Source: Candidatus Aphodoplasma sp. | GTDB lineage: Bacteria; Bacillota; Clostridia; UBA1381; UMGS1253 | NCBI GenBank assembly: GCA_045626925.1 | Contig: JAZUQZ010000001.1 | Location: forward strand, 40,432 to 104,431 | Direction of reading: 5' to 3' | DNA: 64,000 nucleotides | Part shown: positions 42,774-54,101 of the stretch, piece by piece | Layout of the letters: each line of letters begins with the position of its first letter | Numbering within the stretch: position 1 is the stretch's first letter | Translations under genes and position numbers: made by a program | Notes under the pieces: generated by a model | What the model was told of the DNA's origin: nothing | Seen by the model: only the letters and a program-made list of their open reading frames with translations | Database searches by the model: none

Positions 42774-45188
42774 GTGAAATATAATTATGCAGAAATCGAA
42801 AAGAAATGGCAAAAAAAATGGGACGAAGAAAAGACTTTTAAGGCGTCAAATGATGACCTTACAAAGCCTAAATTTTATGCGCTTGTTGAGTTTCCGTATC
42901 CATCGGGTCATGGCCTTCATGTAGGACATCCGCGTGGTTATACGGCACTTGATATCGTATCGAGAAAAAGAAGATTGCAAGGGTATAATGTTCTTTATCC
43001 GATGGGCTGGGACGCATTTGGTCTACCGACTGAAAATTTTGCGATGAAAAATAAAATTCATCCCAAAAAAGTTACGGCTGACAATGTTGCAAACTTTAAA
43101 AAGCAATTACAAAGCCTTGGTTTTTCATTTGATTGGGACCGCGAGATAAATACAACAGATGCGGATTATTACAAATGGACACAGTGGATTTTTCTAAAGC
43201 TTTTTGAAAAAGGTCTGGCATATAAACAAGAGATGCCGATTAACTGGTGTACAAGCTGTAAGGTCGGTCTTTCAAATGAAGAAGTTGTTGATGGTGTTTG
43301 TGAGCGTTGCGGAAGTGAAGTTGTACAAAAGCGCAAGAGCCAATGGATGCTTAAAATTACAGAGTATGCACAAAGGCTTATCGATGATTTGGACGACCTT
43401 GATTTTATTGAAAAGGTAAAAACGCAACAGAAAAATTGGATAGGTCGTTCACAAGGTGCCGAAGTAAAGTTCAAACTCGATGGTGCAAGTGAAGAGCTTG
43501 TTGTTTATACAACACGCCCGGACACACTCTTTGGCGCTACATATGTTGTGCTCTCGCCGGAGCACCCATATATTGATGCGTGGAAAGATAAAATTAAAAA
43601 CATTGATGAGATTGAAGCATATAAGCTAATGGCATCGAAAAAGTCAGAGTTTGAGCGTACAGAGCTTGCAAAAGAAAAAACAGGAGTTGCAATCGATGGT
43701 ATATATGCAATAAATCCTGTTAACGGAGAAAAGCTTCCGATTTGGATTTCTGATTATGTGCTTATGACATATGGAACGGGCGCTATTATGGCTGTTCCGG
43801 CACACGATACACGCGACTGGGAGTTTGCTAAAAAGTTTGACCTTCCTATTATTGAAGTTGTTGCCGGTGGAGAAAATGTACAAGAGGCAGCATATGTTGA
43901 TGTAAGCGAAGGAACGATGATAAATTCCGGTTTTCTTACAGGCAAGAGTGTCCAAGAAGCAATTGAAGCAATGATAGATTATCTGGAAAAGAACAACCTT
44001 GGCAAACGCAAAGTTAATTTCAAACTTCGTGACTGGGTATTTTCGCGCCAGCGTTATTGGGGCGAGCCGATTCCGCTTGTATATTGTGAAAAGTGCGGAT
44101 GGGTTGCATTGCCGGAGAGCGAGCTTCCGCTAACATTGCCGGAGCTTGATGATTATGAACCAACAGATAATGGTGAGTCGCCACTTGCAAAAATGACAGA
44201 TTGGGTAAACACAACATGTCCTCATTGTCATGGCCCTGCAAAGCGCGAAACAGATACAATGCCACAGTGGGCAGGTTCGTCATGGTATTTCCTTCGCTAT
44301 ATAGACCCGAAAAACTGTGATGCGCTTGCTGATAATAAAGTTTTGCAGTACTGGTTGCCTGTCGATTGGTACAATGGTGGTATGGAGCATACAACGCTTC
44401 ACTTGTTATATTCGCGTTTTTGGCACAAGTTCTTATATGATATTGGAGTAGTACCTACAAAAGAGCCGTACCAGAAGCGTACATCGCATGGTATGATTTT
44501 GGGTGCGAATAATGAAAAAATGTCAAAATCACGCGGTAATGTAGTAAATCCTGATGATGTTGTGCGTGATTTTGGTGCAGATACTTTTAGAACATACGAA
44601 ATGTTTATCGGCGCATTTGACCAGGCTACGCCATGGTCAGAGCAAGGCGTAAAAGGTTGCTACAAATTCCTTGAAAGAGTTTGGAATTTACAAAATATTG
44701 TGACCGACAGCGACGAATATAGTACTGATTTGGAATCGACGATACACAAAGCGGTTAAAAAAGTGGGTGAGGACATTGAGCGCATGAAATATAATACTGC
44801 TATTGCGACGCTTATGTCACTTGTAAATGATTTTACAAAGAAAAACTCAATCACTCGTGGCGAGCTTAGGACATTTTTGATTCTTTTAAATCCAACAGCA
44901 CCGCATATCACTGAGGAAATGTGGGAAAAAGCGGGCTTTGATGGACAGATTGCGTCGCATACATGGCCTACTTATGATGAAGCAAAAACTGTTGATGATG
45001 AGGTTGAAATTGTACTTCAAATTAACGGCAAAATCCGTGACAAGCTTATGATTCCGGCCGGACTTGATAAAGATGCTACCCAGGATGCTGCCATGAAGAG
45101 CGAAAAGGTAATAAATGCAATTAGCGATAAAGAGGTTGTAAAGGTTATAGTTGTGCCGGGTAAGCTTGTAAATATTGTTGTAAAATAA
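42774..45188 (+). CDS. leuS: leucyl-tRNA synthetase
   Basis: 804 aa. GTG start after AGGAGG. HIGH-type [12 protein letters not shown]; KMSKS (EKMSKSRGN). Confidence 0.97.
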   Translation: MKYNYAEIEKKWQKKWDEEKTFKASNDDLTKPKFYALVEFPYPSGHGLHVGHPRGYTALDIVSRKRRLQGYNVLYPMGWDAFGLPTENFAMKNKIHPKKVTADNVANFKKQLQSLGFSFDWDREINTTDADYYKWTQWIFLKLFEKGLAYKQEMPINWCTSCKVGLSNEEVVDGVCERCGSEVVQKRKSQWMLKITEYAQRLIDDLDDLDFIEKVKTQQKNWIGRSQGAEVKFKLDGASEELVVYTTRPDTLFGATYVVLSPEHPYIDAWKDKIKNIDEIEAYKLMASKKSEFERTELAKEKTGVAIDGIYAINPVNGEKLPIWISDYVLMTYGTGAIMAVPAHDTRDWEFAKKFDLPIIEVVAGGENVQEAAYVDVSEGTMINSGFLTGKSVQEAIEAMIDYLEKNNLGKRKVNFKLRDWVFSRQRYWGEPIPLVYCEKCGWVALPESELPLTLPELDDYEPTDNGESPLAKMTDWVNTTCPHCHGPAKRETDTMPQWAGSSWYFLRYIDPKNCDALADNKVLQYWLPVDWYNGGMEHTTLHLLYSRFWHKFLYDIGVVPTKEPYQKRTSHGMILGANNEKMSKSRGNVVNPDDVVRDFGADTFRTYEMFIGAFDQATPWSEQGVKGCYKFLERVWNLQNIVTDSDEYSTDLESTIHKAVKKVGEDIERMKYNTAIATLMSLVNDFTKKNSITRGELRTFLILLNPTAPHITEEMWEKAGFDGQIASHTWPTYDEAKTVDDEVEIVLQINGKIRDKLMIPAGLDKDATQDAAMKSEKVINAISDKEVVKVIVVPGKLVNIVVK

Positions 45189-45191
45189 ACT

Positions 45192-45221
45192 AAAAAGGAG
45201 CGATTGTTCGCTCCTTTTTTT
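45192..45221. terminator. bidirectional rho-independent terminator (leuS on +, SASP gene on -)
   Basis: AAAAA-GGAGCGA (45197-45203), loop TTGT, TCGCTCC (45208-45214), TTTTTTT. The A-run and T-run flanks allow termination from either direction. Confidence 0.88.
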
Positions 45222-45296
45222 AGTGCAAAAAAGAATTGGACACAAATCAAAATTAATTGACTTATGCCCAATTTTATACTGCTATTTTTTTAAAGC

Positions 45297-45491
45297 TTAT
45301 TTCATATTCTGCTCATAAGAGGAAATCATTTTTTTAACCATTTGACCTCCTACAGAACCAGCCTGCTTGCTTGTAAGGTCACCGTTGTAACCTTGCTTAA
45401 GATTAACGCCAACTTCTGATGCAGCCTCCATCTTAAACTTATCAAGAGCAGCTCTTGCTTCTGGAACTAGATTCTTTTTATTGCTAGACAT
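45297..45491 (-). CDS. alpha/beta-type small acid-soluble spore protein
   Basis: 64 aa: NLVPEARAALDKFKMEAASEVGVNL...GDLTSKQAGSVGGQMVKKMI matches the two conserved SASP blocks. AAGGAGGTG SD. Confidence 0.92.
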   Translation of the reverse strand: MSSNKKNLVPEARAALDKFKMEAASEVGVNLKQGYNGDLTSKQAGSVGGQMVKKMISSYEQNMK

Positions 45492-45598
45492 TGTGAATTC
45501 ACCTCCTTGTTTGGTTTACAAACATAATTTGTGCAAATACAAGGATTTTATTAGGTGTAATTTCTTCCACAAATGCCAAGTATAAATTTTCAAATATT

Positions 45599-47635
45599 TT
45601 ATAAAAGTATTCTATTGGTAAGTGAATTGATTTTTCTATCAAGAGCCTGTTTTTCTTTTTGCGTACACATAATTGTGCCATCAAAAAGCTCTGATACTGC
45701 TTTTTGTACCTGCTTTAAAATATCCATATCATCAAATAGATTTGCAATACGAAGCGTTGGTATGCCATGCTGCTTTGTACCAAAAAAGTCGCCCGGACCG
45801 CGAAGTTGCAGGTCTTGTTCAGAAATATAGAAACCATCGTCTGACGAACACATTATATCCATGCGCTTTTTTGCAATTTCGCCGCTACTTTGATTAAACA
45901 TTATACAATAGCTTTGCTCACAACCTCGTCCTACACGCCCGCGCAATTGATGAAGCTGGCTGAGTCCAAATCGTTCTGCGTTTTCGATAATCATAATATT
46001 TGCATTTGCAACATCGACGCCGACCTCGATAACGGTTGTTGATACTAAAATATCAATTTCACCGTTTTTAAAACGAGTCATAATATCTTCTTTAACATTA
46101 CTTTTTAATTTACTGTGCAGAAGAGCACATCTGAATTCCGGAAAAACTTTATTTTGTATTGTGTCGGCATAATCAACTACATTTTTAAGGTCGATATTTT
46201 CCGTTTCTTCAATAAGCGGGCAAACAATGTATACCTGTCTGCCGTTTGTCACATGTTTTTTTATAAATGCCAAAATGCGATTGCGCATTTTTTCGTCGAC
46301 ACAGTAGCTGAGAACACTTTTTCGTCCCGGCGGAAGCTCATCAATAATGGAAATATCAAGGTCACCATATAGAATAAGTGCAAGCGTTCGCGGAATAGGT
46401 GTCGCACTCATTACGATAACATGAGGATTGTTTCCTTTTTGCACAATTGAATCACGATGCATAACGCCAAATCTGTGTTGCTCGTCGGTTACAACAAGTG
46501 CAAGCGACTTGTAACTAAGATTTTCTTGAATTAACGCATGTGTGCCGATTATAATATCAGCGTGTCCGCCTTGTATAAGTTCATATACTTCTTTTTTTTC
46601 TTTACTGCTCATAGAGCCTATCAAAAGACAAATATTTATGTTATGATTATTCATCATTTTTTTAAAATTCTCATAATGTTGTTTTGCAAGGACTTCGGTC
46701 GGTACCATAAGTGCTGATTGATAGCCACTTTTAGCACAAGCATACATTGTAGCAGCGGCTACAACCGTTTTGCCCGAGCCAACATCGCCCTGCACAAGTC
46801 TGTTCATAGCTATTTTGCCCGATAAGTCAGAACATATTTCGTCTATAACATGATTTTGAGCTTTTGTAAGCTTGAAGGGGAGCGAGCGTAAAAACTCGTC
46901 TATAACAGAGGTGTCTATACAAGCATTTTGCTCAAGTGCGCTTTTATTTTTTTTTATTTTTGCCAAAGCGAGCGATAGAGTAAGCAGTTCATCAAACACA
47001 AGTCTTCTGCGTGCGCGGTTGTATTCATCAATATCAGCAGGAAAATGAATGTTTCGTATTGCGCTGTCAAAATCTATAAGGTTATATTTTACAATCAAAT
47101 CATGCGGAAGTGTTTCGCTAAAAACACCACCCAAACCGAGTGCTGTATTCATAGCTTTTTGAACCGTTTTTTGCGTAAGTTCGGCAGTGAGCGGGTATAT
47201 GGGAACGATTTTGCCGGTAACGATTTGTGAGTCACTTTCTTTTTCAAAAATCGGATTTTCTATAAATTTCTTTGACCCTATTTTTTTGATTTTACCATAA
47301 AATATATATATTTCACCTTTTATTATGCTATTTTTAATATATTTATTATTAAACCATGTCGCATAAATTTTTCCGCTTTCATCAACAAGCTCGACAGTAT
47401 ATAGCGATAAAGAACTGTTAATTCTTCTTTCTGAAACAGCAGAAAAAACGGTGGCTTTTATGCACACCGTTTCTGAATCACACGCTTCAAATATAGGAAC
47501 TGTTTTTGTTCTGTCTTCATAACTGCGCGGAAAATATAACAACAAATCCGCGATAGTATGTACACCGACACGCCCAAAAAGCTTTGCCTTTGCATCGCCG
47601 ATGCCGGATAATGCCGTGATTGGTTTATTTAACAT
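45599..47635 (-). CDS. recG: ATP-dependent DNA helicase RecG
   Basis: 678 aa. Wedge/OB N-terminus, GDVGSGKT Walker A, TDEQHRFG, helicase C motifs. Confidence 0.96.
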   Translation of the reverse strand: MLNKPITALSGIGDAKAKLFGRVGVHTIADLLLYFPRSYEDRTKTVPIFEACDSETVCIKATVFSAVSERRINSSLSLYTVELVDESGKIYATWFNNKYIKNSIIKGEIYIFYGKIKKIGSKKFIENPIFEKESDSQIVTGKIVPIYPLTAELTQKTVQKAMNTALGLGGVFSETLPHDLIVKYNLIDFDSAIRNIHFPADIDEYNRARRRLVFDELLTLSLALAKIKKNKSALEQNACIDTSVIDEFLRSLPFKLTKAQNHVIDEICSDLSGKIAMNRLVQGDVGSGKTVVAAATMYACAKSGYQSALMVPTEVLAKQHYENFKKMMNNHNINICLLIGSMSSKEKKEVYELIQGGHADIIIGTHALIQENLSYKSLALVVTDEQHRFGVMHRDSIVQKGNNPHVIVMSATPIPRTLALILYGDLDISIIDELPPGRKSVLSYCVDEKMRNRILAFIKKHVTNGRQVYIVCPLIEETENIDLKNVVDYADTIQNKVFPEFRCALLHSKLKSNVKEDIMTRFKNGEIDILVSTTVIEVGVDVANANIMIIENAERFGLSQLHQLRGRVGRGCEQSYCIMFNQSSGEIAKKRMDIMCSSDDGFYISEQDLQLRGPGDFFGTKQHGIPTLRIANLFDDMDILKQVQKAVSELFDGTIMCTQKEKQALDRKINSLTNRILL

Positions 47636-47650
47636 AAAATATCAATCCTT

Positions 47651-49297
47651 TTATTCTACTGAAATAATGTAATAATAAAGTGGCTGATTTCCATGTTGTA
47701 AAAGAATATCTATGTCCGGATATTTTTCTTCTAAAGATTCAACAAACTCATTTGCTTGTTGCTCGGAAACATCCTCGCCATAATATATCGAAACAACCTC
47801 TGACCCATCATCAATCATTTTTTCCGCAAGCTCTAACAAAACATTGTCAGGGCTATCTGATACAGCGCATATCTCGCCTTCGGCTATACCAATTATATCG
47901 CCGGATTTGATTTCGGTGCCGGAAACGCTTGTGTCACGCACTGCATAAGTAACCTGACCGGTTTTTACATTTGCAATCGAATCGCACATTGCAGATGTAT
48001 TTTCTTCGCATTCAATATGAGGCAAAAATGCCATCATAGCAGCAATGCCCTGTGGAGCGGTTTTTGTAGGTATTACAATAATGTTTTTATCACTAAGCTC
48101 ACAGGCTTGGTTTGCTGCAAGAATAATATTTTTGTTGTTTGGCAAAACAAAAATGTTATCAGCGTTAATTTTTTCAACGGCACATAAAATATCATCGGTA
48201 CTTGGGTTCATAGTTTGGCCGCCTTCTATGATTTCATCAACACCATAATCTTTAAAAATTTCTGCAAGACCGCTACCAGCTACAACACTTACAAAGCCAT
48301 ATTTCTTGTGTGGCGCATCAATTACAGCCTGTTGCGGAGCAGGGGAGTCGACACCTTCATTTTCAAGAATGCTTGTGTGTTGGAGTTTCATATTATCAAT
48401 TTTGATGCGTTCAAGCATACCAAGCTTTACTGCTTCTTCAAGTACAAAACCCGGATGATTTGTATGAATGTGAACCTTTACAATTTCGTCATCATCAATA
48501 ACAAGTTTGCAATCGCCTTTTGGGTCAATGATTTCGCTAAAGCGATTTACATCAACATCAATCGACTTTTTGTTAATAATAAACTCTGTGCAATATGCAA
48601 ATTTTATACTATCAACATCAATAGATGCTTGTGCCGATGTGGATGTGGTCTGTTTGACAGCTTCTTCTAATTCTACAAGGCTACCTGTCGACAGAGCCTG
48701 GTAAGCACCTTCTAAAATTTTGACAAGACCTGCACCACCGGCATCAACAACGCCTGCTTCTTTTAAAACAGGTAGTTGGTTTGGTGTGTTATCGAGCGCT
48801 ATGTTTGCAGCGTCGATAGCGGCACTCATTACAGCAACGATATCTTCCTCTTTTTTTGCCGCCTTGAGAGCGCCTTCGGCGCACGCACGCGCAACAGTAA
48901 GTATCGTACCTTCAGTAGGGCGCATAACGGCCTTATATGCCGTATCAGATGCCATTTTTAACGCTGCAGCAAGCTCCTTTGCATTTGCGTTGGGTTTTGC
49001 CTCAAGACCTTTTGCAAGTCCACGGCAAAGCTGTGACAAAATTACGCCGGAGTTACCTCTTGCGCCACGCAAAGATGCACTTGCAAGAGATTTTGCAACA
49101 TCGCAAATTGCAGGTGTAACAAATTTTTGAATTTCTTGTGATGCCGCAGAAAAAGTAAGCGACATATTTGTACCTGTATCGCCATCGGGAACAGGGAAAA
49201 CATTCAATTTATCTACCGCAACTTTATTATTATTCAAATGATTTGCTGCAGAAATAATCATATTGGCAAATTGTATGCCGTCAAGTGAAATCACCAT
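47651..49297 (-). CDS. DAK2-domain fusion protein YloV
   Basis: 548 aa. N-terminal Dak2 motif PDGDTGTNM, C-terminal DegV-like/uncharacterised half. Conserved Asp23-YloV-RecG order. Confidence 0.88.
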   Translation of the reverse strand: MVISLDGIQFANMIISAANHLNNNKVAVDKLNVFPVPDGDTGTNMSLTFSAASQEIQKFVTPAICDVAKSLASASLRGARGNSGVILSQLCRGLAKGLEAKPNANAKELAAALKMASDTAYKAVMRPTEGTILTVARACAEGALKAAKKEEDIVAVMSAAIDAANIALDNTPNQLPVLKEAGVVDAGGAGLVKILEGAYQALSTGSLVELEEAVKQTTSTSAQASIDVDSIKFAYCTEFIINKKSIDVDVNRFSEIIDPKGDCKLVIDDDEIVKVHIHTNHPGFVLEEAVKLGMLERIKIDNMKLQHTSILENEGVDSPAPQQAVIDAPHKKYGFVSVVAGSGLAEIFKDYGVDEIIEGGQTMNPSTDDILCAVEKINADNIFVLPNNKNIILAANQACELSDKNIIVIPTKTAPQGIAAMMAFLPHIECEENTSAMCDSIANVKTGQVTYAVRDTSVSGTEIKSGDIIGIAEGEICAVSDSPDNVLLELAEKMIDDGSEVVSIYYGEDVSEQQANEFVESLEEKYPDIDILLQHGNQPLYYYIISVE

Positions 49298-49319
49298 TAT
49301 ATTAGCCTCCCAAAAGTCG

Positions 49320-49670
49320 TTAATCTACACGAGCGCTGTCTACGCTGACATTTATTTTTCCAACTTTACAACCTGTCATAGTTTCAATGCTATATTTTAC
49401 ATTTTTAACAATGCTTTCGCATATTACAGAAATATTTACACCATATTCAACCATAATGTGCAAATCAACTGTTATGCGGTCATTTTCTATCGAAACATCT
49501 ACTCCTTTTGTTATTGAATCTCCCAAAAGAAGACTTGCAAGTCCGTTGCCTTTGCGTGTAGTCATTCCGACAACGCCATAACAACGCGTTGCGGCCATAC
49601 CGGCAATTTTTGCTATAACATCATTACTAATGATTACAACACCATTTTTGTTTTCAGTTTGAAGTGCCAT
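49320..49670 (-). CDS. Asp23/Gls24-family envelope stress protein
   Basis: 116 aa. VIISNDVIAKIAGMAATRCYGVVGM is a typical Asp23 N-terminus. Confidence 0.88.
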   Translation of the reverse strand: MALQTENKNGVVIISNDVIAKIAGMAATRCYGVVGMTTRKGNGLASLLLGDSITKGVDVSIENDRITVDLHIMVEYGVNISVICESIVKNVKYSIETMTGCKVGKINVSVDSARVD

Positions 49671-49748
49671 GAATCATACCTCCATATTATAAAAATATTA
49701 AAGCCATAAGTACATTCAATACATTATACCATATAAAATTGCAATAGT

Positions 49749-51038
49749 CTATATAAAATTTTTATTTTCATCATCGTTTGAGGCTTCATCATCGTCTAGA
49801 AGCCTTGATGCATCAATATCTGAAAGAGATGTAATCTTTTTTAGAGTACTGCGTATTTTTCTTGTACGAACACCAACAAGCTTATCAAGTTCCTTGTTCG
49901 CTTGTTCAAGACGCGTCTGTGTTTGTATAAGTACATCTCCAAATTTATCAAATTCTGTTTTTACAGCTCCCAAAACATCCCATACCTCGCCGGAATGCTT
50001 TTGTATTGCAAGCGTTCTAAAGCCCATTTGCAAGCTATTAAGAAGTGATGCCATTGTTGTTGGACCTGCAATATTTATTTTATAGTCACGCGCAAGTGTT
50101 TCGATAAGTCCGCGACGCACAACCTCGGCATAAAGTCCTTCAAATGGGAGAAACATGATTGCAAAATCAGTTGTTTGCGGTGGCGAAACATATTTATCGT
50201 GAATTGTTTTTGCTGAAAGCTTGATGCTTCTTTCAAGTGCTGCACCAGCCGTTGCAATTGCATTAGAATCACCGCTATCATATGCATCAACAAGGTTTGC
50301 ATACATATCTGCAGGAAATTTAGAATCAATAGGCAAATACACCGTTTCGTCCTCGTTTCCGGGCAGACAAACCGCAAATTCAACTGCGTCACGGCTTGAA
50401 GGTTTTGTAACAACATTTGTGACATATTGTTCGGGGGATAATATTTCTTCCAATATTGCTCCAAGCTGTATTTCGCCAAGAATGCCACGCGTTTTCACAT
50501 TTGATAATACTTTTTTAAGGTCGCCGACACCGACTGCAAGTGTTTGCATTTCGCCGAGTCCTTTATAAACCTGCTCGAGTCTTTCGCTGACAAGCTTAAA
50601 CGATTGACTTATGCGTTCATCAAGAGTTTTTTGAAGCTTTTCATCAACAGTTTCACGAATTTTTTCAAGTTGCTTTTCGTTATTTTCCGAAACTGATTTA
50701 AGTCTATTTTCGACTGTAATTCTTATATTCTCGAGCTTTTGTTCATTTTCTAGTGAAAAGAGCTTGAATCTTTCAGATATTTCTTTAAGACGGTCGTCCA
50801 ACATCTTAGCGTTTGCTTTTTGTGTGTCGGATAAAATATTAGAAACTAGCTTTATATTTTCTTGTGTTGATTTTGAGTTTTCTATGCGCGATTGGCGCAT
50901 TTCATCAAAAATTTGCGATTTTAATTTGTCAAAATCAGATGATGGTCCGTTTTTTTTAGACACACTAAAAACGCTTACCAAAACTATGGCTGATAAAATC
51001 AAAGAAATAATGCTTATTGTTAAAATAAGAAGTTCCAT
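49749..51038 (-). CDS. rmuC: DNA recombination protein RmuC
   Basis: N-terminal TM helix, long coiled coil, C-terminal RmuC nuclease-like domain (FAIMFLPFEGLYAEV). The track starts at 51050; GGAGG precedes the in-frame ATG at 51038. Confidence 0.88.
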   Translation of the reverse strand: MELLILTISIISLILSAIVLVSVFSVSKKNGPSSDFDKLKSQIFDEMRQSRIENSKSTQENIKLVSNILSDTQKANAKMLDDRLKEISERFKLFSLENEQKLENIRITVENRLKSVSENNEKQLEKIRETVDEKLQKTLDERISQSFKLVSERLEQVYKGLGEMQTLAVGVGDLKKVLSNVKTRGILGEIQLGAILEEILSPEQYVTNVVTKPSSRDAVEFAVCLPGNEDETVYLPIDSKFPADMYANLVDAYDSGDSNAIATAGAALERSIKLSAKTIHDKYVSPPQTTDFAIMFLPFEGLYAEVVRRGLIETLARDYKINIAGPTTMASLLNSLQMGFRTLAIQKHSGEVWDVLGAVKTEFDKFGDVLIQTQTRLEQANKELDKLVGVRTRKIRSTLKKITSLSDIDASRLLDDDEASNDDENKNFI

Positions 51039-51058
51039 TTTGACCTCCATATAAAATA

Positions 51059-52069
51059 TTAACGAGTTAGTATGTCGTGCTCGCTTTCTGCTCGCTTTTC
51101 ACGCCCCATAAGCAAGGGCACTGCATTTTTTACAGACATATTTTTAAACAGTATATTATAAACACATTCTGTTATAGGCATAGAGACATTATATTTTTTT
51201 GCAAGTTCGTATGCCGCTGCACAAGCATTTACACCCTCAACAACCATATGCACTTCATCAGTAGCTTCCTTAAGTGATTTGCCTTTACCAATAAGTATGC
51301 CCGCACTTCTGTTGCGACTATGCTTACTCATACATGTTACAATAAGGTCGCCTATGCCTGTAAGACCCGAAAATGTTTCTGATTTTGCACCCATAGCAAT
51401 ACCAAGCCTTGAAATTTCAGCTATTCCGCGCGTCATAAGAGCGGCACAGGTATTGTCTCCACATCCAAGACCGATTGCAATTCCTGCCGCAAGAGCAATT
51501 ACATTTTTTATTGCCCCGCCAATTTCTACCCCGAGTATATCATCGCTTGTATATACTCGAAAATTTGGGCTCATAAATATATCCTGAACAAAAGTGGGAA
51601 TAGTTACATCGTTCGAGGCAACCACATTTGCCGTCGCCATAGAATGTCCAACCTCCTCTGCATGAGACGGGCCACTCATTATGGCAAGACGAACATTTGG
51701 GATTTCTTCGTTTATTACCTCTGACAAGCGCTTTAATGTATCAGGTTCGAGACCTTTTGATATATTCAACAAAATCTGTTCCGGTTTTATGTATTTAGAA
51801 ATTTCTTTAGCTGTAGAGCGTATAGCGTGTGAGGGTGTTGCCAACACAATAATCTGCGCATCAGCTATGCAATATTTAATATCGTTTGAAAAGGTAATAT
51901 TGCCCTCTAATTTTACTCCGGGCAAAAATTCTTTATTTTCGTGGTCGCAAGCAAGCCTTTCACATTCTTCCTTTTTCCATGACCACAAAAAAACCTCGTA
52001 GCCTTTTGCTGCCAATAAAGATGTAATAGCCGTACCCCAACTACCTGAGCCTATGACTGCAAGCTTCAT
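51059..52069 (-). CDS. gpsA: NAD(P)H-dependent glycerol-3-phosphate dehydrogenase
   Basis: 336 aa. Begins MKLAVIGSGSWGTA (Rossmann). The start codon abuts the plsY stop. Confidence 0.95.
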   Translation of the reverse strand: MKLAVIGSGSWGTAITSLLAAKGYEVFLWSWKKEECERLACDHENKEFLPGVKLEGNITFSNDIKYCIADAQIIVLATPSHAIRSTAKEISKYIKPEQILLNISKGLEPDTLKRLSEVINEEIPNVRLAIMSGPSHAEEVGHSMATANVVASNDVTIPTFVQDIFMSPNFRVYTSDDILGVEIGGAIKNVIALAAGIAIGLGCGDNTCAALMTRGIAEISRLGIAMGAKSETFSGLTGIGDLIVTCMSKHSRNRSAGILIGKGKSLKEATDEVHMVVEGVNACAAAYELAKKYNVSMPITECVYNILFKNMSVKNAVPLLMGREKRAESEHDILTR

Positions 52070-52741
52070 TTATGCATCCTCCTTTTTTTGTCCAAGCTTT
52101 GATTCTGTCCCATTTAGCAGACGCAAAATATTAGATTTATGTCTAAAAACTGCAAGCACACATAAAATAACGGAAGTGAGCATCAAAACATAATTATAAT
52201 CTTTGTCGATAAAAAATGAAAAAACAAAAACAGAAATAGGGAAGAGCGTTGCGCCAACAATTGAACCGAGTGATATGTAACGCGTAAGTGCCATTACAAG
52301 CAACGCAGAAAAAAGCACAATTAAACCAATACGCCAATCAAGCATAAATATAACCGCTGCCGAGGTTGAAATGCCTTTTCCGCCTTTAAACTGAAAGAAA
52401 ACTGGATAATTATGACCAAGTACAACAGATATTGCGCTAACACATTTGATGAGTTTTATCGGCAATGTGCTTGCAAACGGAGTAGCACAAACACTCAGAA
52501 GTGTAATTGTAATATTTGCCAATAAAACTGCTATAACGCCCTTTAAAGCGTCGCATAAGAGAGTAATAACACCAATGCGTTTGCCATATGTTCTAAGCAT
52601 ATTCGTTGCGCCGGCATTGCCACTACCATGCTCTCTGATATCCGTTCCAATAAGCTTTGAAATAATGATAGAAGTATTAATGCTGCCGATAAAATATGAT
52701 ACAATCGCAACAATTATAAGTGCAGTCCAAACAACAATCAT
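52070..52741 (-). CDS. plsY: glycerol-3-phosphate acyltransferase PlsY
   Basis: 223 aa membrane protein. Motif HGSGNAGATNMLR. Confidence 0.94.
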   Translation of the reverse strand: MIVVWTALIIVAIVSYFIGSINTSIIISKLIGTDIREHGSGNAGATNMLRTYGKRIGVITLLCDALKGVIAVLLANITITLLSVCATPFASTLPIKLIKCVSAISVVLGHNYPVFFQFKGGKGISTSAAVIFMLDWRIGLIVLFSALLVMALTRYISLGSIVGATLFPISVFVFSFFIDKDYNYVLMLTSVILCVLAVFRHKSNILRLLNGTESKLGQKKEDA

Positions 52742-52772
52742 CAGTAATCAAACCTTTCGTTAGTAAATTATT

Positions 52773-54101
52773 TTAATTATTTTTTTCGCCACGCTCACGA
52801 ATTATAAAATGTATCGGCGTTCCTTCAAAGCCGAATGCGGTGCGAAGCTGGTTTTCGATGTATCTTTGATATGAAAAATGGAAAAGCTCTGCTTTATTTA
52901 CAAAGATAACAAATGTAGGCGGCTTTGTGCTTGCTTGTGTGGCATAATATATACGAAGCCTTTTGCCTTTATCCGATGGTGGTTGAACTTTTGCCGTAGC
53001 GTCACCAATCACATCATTTAGCATACCGGTTGTAATTCGTCTTGCGTTTTGCTCTGCTACATCTTTAATCATATCAAACACTGCGTCGACGCGACTACCG
53101 GTTTTTGCAGAGATAAAATGTACGGGCGCATACTGCATAAAAGCAAGCGTGTCCATTATATCAAGCTTATAGTTTTTCATGGTGTTTGTTTCTTTTTCGA
53201 CTATATCCCATTTATTTACAACAACAATAGATGCCTTTCCGCTTTCGTGAACAAAACCGGCAATTTTTGAATCCTGCTCAGTTATACCTTCAGAACCATC
53301 AATCATTATAATACACACATCACTGCGTTCGACCGCCGCAAATGCGCGTATAACACTATAACGCTCAATTTGTTCATCGATTTTTGATTTGCGTCTTATT
53401 CCTGCGGTGTCTATAAACATATATTTTTGTCCATCGCGTTCATAATAAGTATCGATTGCATCGCGTGTTGTGCCTGCAATATTTGTTACGATAACGCGTT
53501 GCTCGCCAAGAATTCTGTTAATAAGCGATGATTTGCCCGCGTTTGGTTTTCCGACAATCGCAACCTTTATAACATCGTCATCGCTATCGGCATCCTCTTT
53601 TGAAGGAAAGTATTTTGCCGCTTCATCTAAAAGGTCACCAACCCCAAGCCCGTGTGTCGATGAAATTGCAATTGGCTCGCCAAGACCAAGGTTGTAAAAC
53701 TCGTAAAAATCCATTGGCGGTTCGCCGGTATTGTCGATTTTGTTTACTACTAAAATAATCGGTTTATTTGATTTTAAAAGCATCGCGGCTACATCTTTAT
53801 CCGCAGCAGTAAGCCCATCACGCACATTTGTCATAAAAATTACAACATGTGCCATATCAATCGCAAGCTGTGCTTGTGCACGCATTTGAACAAGAATTTC
53901 GTCATCTGCTTTCGGTTCAATACCGCCAGTATCAATTAGTGTAAATTCGCGTCCAAGCCATTCTGCCTGGGCAAAAACACGGTCACGAGTAACGCCGGGT
54001 GTATCATCAACAATGCTTATGCGAGTTCCTGCAATTTTATTAAAAAGTGTCGATTTTCCGACATTTGGTCTGCCAACGATTGCAACTATCGGTTTTGCCA
54101 T
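52773..54101 (-). CDS. der: ribosome-biogenesis GTPase Der (EngA)
   Basis: 442 aa. Tandem G domains (GRPNVGKST, GKPNAGKSS) plus a KH-like C-terminus. GGAGG SD lies inside the upstream gene. Confidence 0.96.
   Translation of the reverse strand: MAKPIVAIVGRPNVGKSTLFNKIAGTRISIVDDTPGVTRDRVFAQAEWLGREFTLIDTGGIEPKADDEILVQMRAQAQLAIDMAHVVIFMTNVRDGLTAADKDVAAMLLKSNKPIILVVNKIDNTGEPPMDFYEFYNLGLGEPIAISSTHGLGVGDLLDEAAKYFPSKEDADSDDDVIKVAIVGKPNAGKSSLINRILGEQRVIVTNIAGTTRDAIDTYYERDGQKYMFIDTAGIRRKSKIDEQIERYSVIRAFAAVERSDVCIIMIDGSEGITEQDSKIAGFVHESGKASIVVVNKWDIVEKETNTMKNYKLDIMDTLAFMQYAPVHFISAKTGSRVDAVFDMIKDVAEQNARRITTGMLNDVIGDATAKVQPPSDKGKRLRIYYATQASTKPPTFVIFVNKAELFHFSYQRYIENQLRTAFGFEGTPIHFIIRERGEKNN

Noticed and set aside
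48215-49130. Plus-strand ORFs of 151 and 136 aa inside the yloV region, the latter Ala/Ser/Pro-rich.
   Set aside because: They are antisense to the well-supported DAK2/YloV gene. Their composition mirrors its Ala/Gly-rich codons, and they have no SD.
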